From: Rhizodiscina lignyota | Taxonomy: Eukaryota | Reading direction: 5' to 3' | Assembly (NCBI GenBank): GCA_010015805.1 | Contig: ML978136.1 | Location: 186,001 to 250,000 of the forward strand | Length of the DNA stretch: 64,000 bases | Part shown: positions 60,924 through 64,000 of the stretch, one piece after another | Position numbering within the stretch: position 1 is the stretch's first letter | How the letters are laid out: each line of letters begins with the position of its first letter | Notes under the pieces: model-generated | The model's database searches: none | What the model was told of the DNA's origin: nothing | Seen by the model: only the letters and a program-made list of their open reading frames with translations | Made by a program: the position numbers and the translations under genes

Positions 60924-63900
60924 ATGCCGGGCCCAGAATTGTTGGATGAGTCTCTGAACGAAGTTCTACATACGTTCAAAACACATAAGACTCTTCCTCA
61001 TAGCAGGCTAGATACTGGCGATATCTTTCCTGCTGCCGGACCGGTCCGTCCGGCGTCCTCAACCGACGAGGCATCGAGCACTACTTCGGTCAAGAGTCCT
61101 CTGGGATCGCCCATAATTCTCACCGGAGAGTCAGCTCTGCCTCCTACTCCTCCCTTAAACTCGCGTGAACGTCATGAGCAACACAATGTCTCTCTATCGC
61201 CACCAAATCAAGGCACTGCGGCTATGGCTTCCCTCACATCGAAGGGCTCAGGCCTGAGCACTCCTACGAACGGAAGAAGTCCTCCAACGCCTGATATAAC
61301 CCCTCCATCTGCTTCGGCTTCTCACCTGCAACTTCGGCCACCTCTCTCCTCGCCCTACGCGTCATCGGTCTCGAGAGCGCAATCATTTCAGACGGCAAGG
61401 GAGGAGCAATGGAGCTCAGACGATGATTTGAACAGTATATACGGGCAAAGAAATGGTTATCAGACTTCAACCCGGACATATATGGAGGCTACCAAGGCGC
61501 TTCGATATGGGGATAGGGGGCTTGGCTTCGAGTTCGAGAGAGACGAGGACAATTCTACTCCTACGCAAGAGTTGCCGCGGAAGCTGGAAATTCTAGAACC
61601 AACGTCCAAATTGAATGGAATGGGTAGACAAATTGCTTCAAGAAGAAATATCAGCAACGGCAGTGCTACGAGTGGTACAGCGGGAGACGTTGGGGACGAG
61701 TCTTCCATGCGGAATGTTACACTGCATCGGAAAAAACGCCCTCGAACGCCTCCGAGACAACAAGACCAGACACCGCCGAAAGTCGACGGCAGAAAGCGAA
61801 ACTTGTCTTTGGAGAAGTTCGAGTCCCCGCAAAGCCTTCAATTACAACGACAGGCAAACCAGTCTCCGGCAATGGAAGTTTCTACTTCCCGGGCAGCCTC
61901 ACGCATTCACAATGCTCTCAATGGCAGCATTCAGGAGGTCGACGCCAAGCGTTTATCTGGGCTATCGAATACTTCAACGGTTGTGGAAGCAATCATTAGG
62001 ATTGCAACTCCTCCGTCGACTCGAAGAACGCTGAGGCACGTGAACAAATACACAGGGTTGCGCAGCTTCTCCGGAAGCTCTATTGACATGACTTCCGTAT
62101 CTCCAACGAGTCAATCACACAGGAGCTCGCTGAATTCGGACGATGCAGCAGCAAGAAAACTCAACCACAAGAGAGCCAGTATCGGAGAAAAGCGAAACCT
62201 AGATAGTATTGGATCCGAGTCAGATAATACACTGCCCCCGCCGGAGTTGCGTCGTCCGTTGAAGCATCATCGGGACTACAGTCACGTAAGTCAAGCACAA
62301 CTCGAATTATCGTGGTGCGCTTCAGAAGCTAATTTCATGTCTTTAGTTGCGACCAAATACGGCTTCATCGTCTTCCACAGCGCCCCAAATAGACTCGTCA
62401 CCGCAAAAGCTGCGCAAAGTTGGTGAATTCGAAAGTTCCCCAAGGACCTCTCAATTGACGGGCTCGACAACTCTAGACCAAAACGGTATGGCGCTGATCC
62501 AGGACTCCAACTCGCAACCCTCGTCTCCAAGAACAGCGCGGAGAATACTGGAAGGCGGGCCTAGAACATCGCCGAAGGTGCTTCAGACAGAGAAGCCAGT
62601 AGTCATTCGGAAACCAGTCAGGACTGAAGTGAAAGCCCATGGGCCAAAGCCAGAGAAGCTCAATCTCGGCCCTTTTCCGATCACTCCAGACCCACCATCT
62701 CCTGTTCGTGGCCGTACGACGTCTCAGTCTTCAATCGAACCACGGACGCATCTGCAGCCGCTCTTACCACCTCATTCACGTTCGCGGACCCGCAGCGTTC
62801 GTCCCCGTGAAACATCGGACACGTCGAATGCTTCTGAGGAAAGTCGACGCGTGAGCTTCGATAATACATCGATTCCGAACGAGCATTTTGAGTATATCAC
62901 GAGAAAGAGTGGGGATAGTCGACGCTCCACCATTCATACTCTTGATGAAGGTAGTCACAATGGGCCGCAGACGCCTCACTTGTATCCCCCCGTTACTCCA
63001 TTGAGTATGAGTAGCATGCGCTCTGAAGTACCTGAAGTCAGCGAAGCCAAAACGATAAACATATATCCACACAATAATCACAGCTTGCTGGTCATTCAAC
63101 ACGGGGGATCTCCAACCGAAGCAGCGCAAAAGGAGACTGTTCAGGCGCCTGTCGAGCCAATATCTGCTCAGAACAATACGGAAGCAGTGCATGTTCAGGA
63201 GAACGGAACACCGCCAATGCCGTCCGATCTCCACCGTGCAATTGACGCAATTGAAGGCTCAGCAACCCCTACTCCTCCATTAGTACCAGTGGCGACGTCG
63301 TCACGAACAGAAGAGATATTGCACCTCACGCCTCCCCTCTCGGCGCACGAACAGCATCCGCCACAGGCACCTCAATTACTCGTTCAACCGTCTACACCGC
63401 CAGCTAACGCGCAGTCCTTTGCGGAAGTAGACTCACCGCTTCGAAATCCGCGGAAGCCGCCTCAGCCACCAGCCGTCAAATTGATCCCTCCGACGCCATT
63501 CTCGGAGCTGGACAATCCACTTGATTCTGCTGGCTCTCATGTTGCTCCTCAAGCGCCTGTTCGCCGGTTAAGTCTAAAGCAACGCGCTCGGCGGTACAGC
63601 GACTCGTTCATCCAGCCTATTCTCAGCCGGAGCGGTTCACTGAAACGGAATCTCAGCATCAAGCAGAGCAAGAGGCCGATCACTGCTGACGAGCAGGAGC
63701 GGGTGAGAGATACCCGTCTGCATCCGCTGTGGCGCCCAAGAGGATTCTGGGACGACTTTTCAGACAGCGACTCAGATGATGGTTTCTGGGGCGACGGCGA
63801 GATAGCGTACGCCGACGACGGCGTCGAGCATCGACTTCCTCAAGGAGGAGATACGAGCGATGTCAGAAGCCTCGAGCACGATCGAGGCAGAGGCGTGATA

Positions 63901-64000
63901 GGGAGATTTGGTTCAGTGCGGAAGGTCGTGATGGATGGGTTCCGTGGCAGTGGCGGCTTCCTTATCGGCAATTCTCTCGGCATGGAGAGAGCGGGCACCA
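60924..64000 (+). CDS. Large Ser/Pro/Arg-rich, probably disordered protein; intron 62286-62346; runs off the window end
   Basis: A 454-codon first exon, then gtaagt...gctaat...ttag, then an apparently open frame to 64000 with motif islands EVSEA..I.IYPHNN.SLL, DSPLRNPR.PP.PP, LHPLWRPRGFWDDF and FLIGNSLG. Confidence 0.8.

Overview
Eukaryotic, intron-containing DNA from a filamentous ascomycete (Pezizomycotina; GT-AG introns mostly 45-110 nt with CTRAY branch sites). About 28 protein-coding loci were reconstructed by hand. Housekeeping genes include ARP1/centractin, a FLC/TRP-like channel, isocitrate lyase, an MFS transporter, an IMPACT-family protein, aminodeoxychorismate lyase, an LMW-PTP and MBF1. 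Secreted or cell-wall genes include a GPI-type repeat protein, a Reeler-like protein, a DPBB/expansin-like protein, HsbA and an S28 peptidase. An accessory, partly decaying segment (about 33.9-49.1 kb) holds a broken caspase-like gene, an orphan ORF and a four-copy tandem array of F-box-like genes in progressive decay. A HET-domain gene carries a premature stop. The clearest non-coding signal is a box C/D snoRNA-like RNA (51236-51386), apparently inside an intron of a TATA-driven non-coding host transcript. No transposase, rRNA, tRNA or CRISPR array was recognised. All family assignments come from motif recognition by eye, not from database searches.
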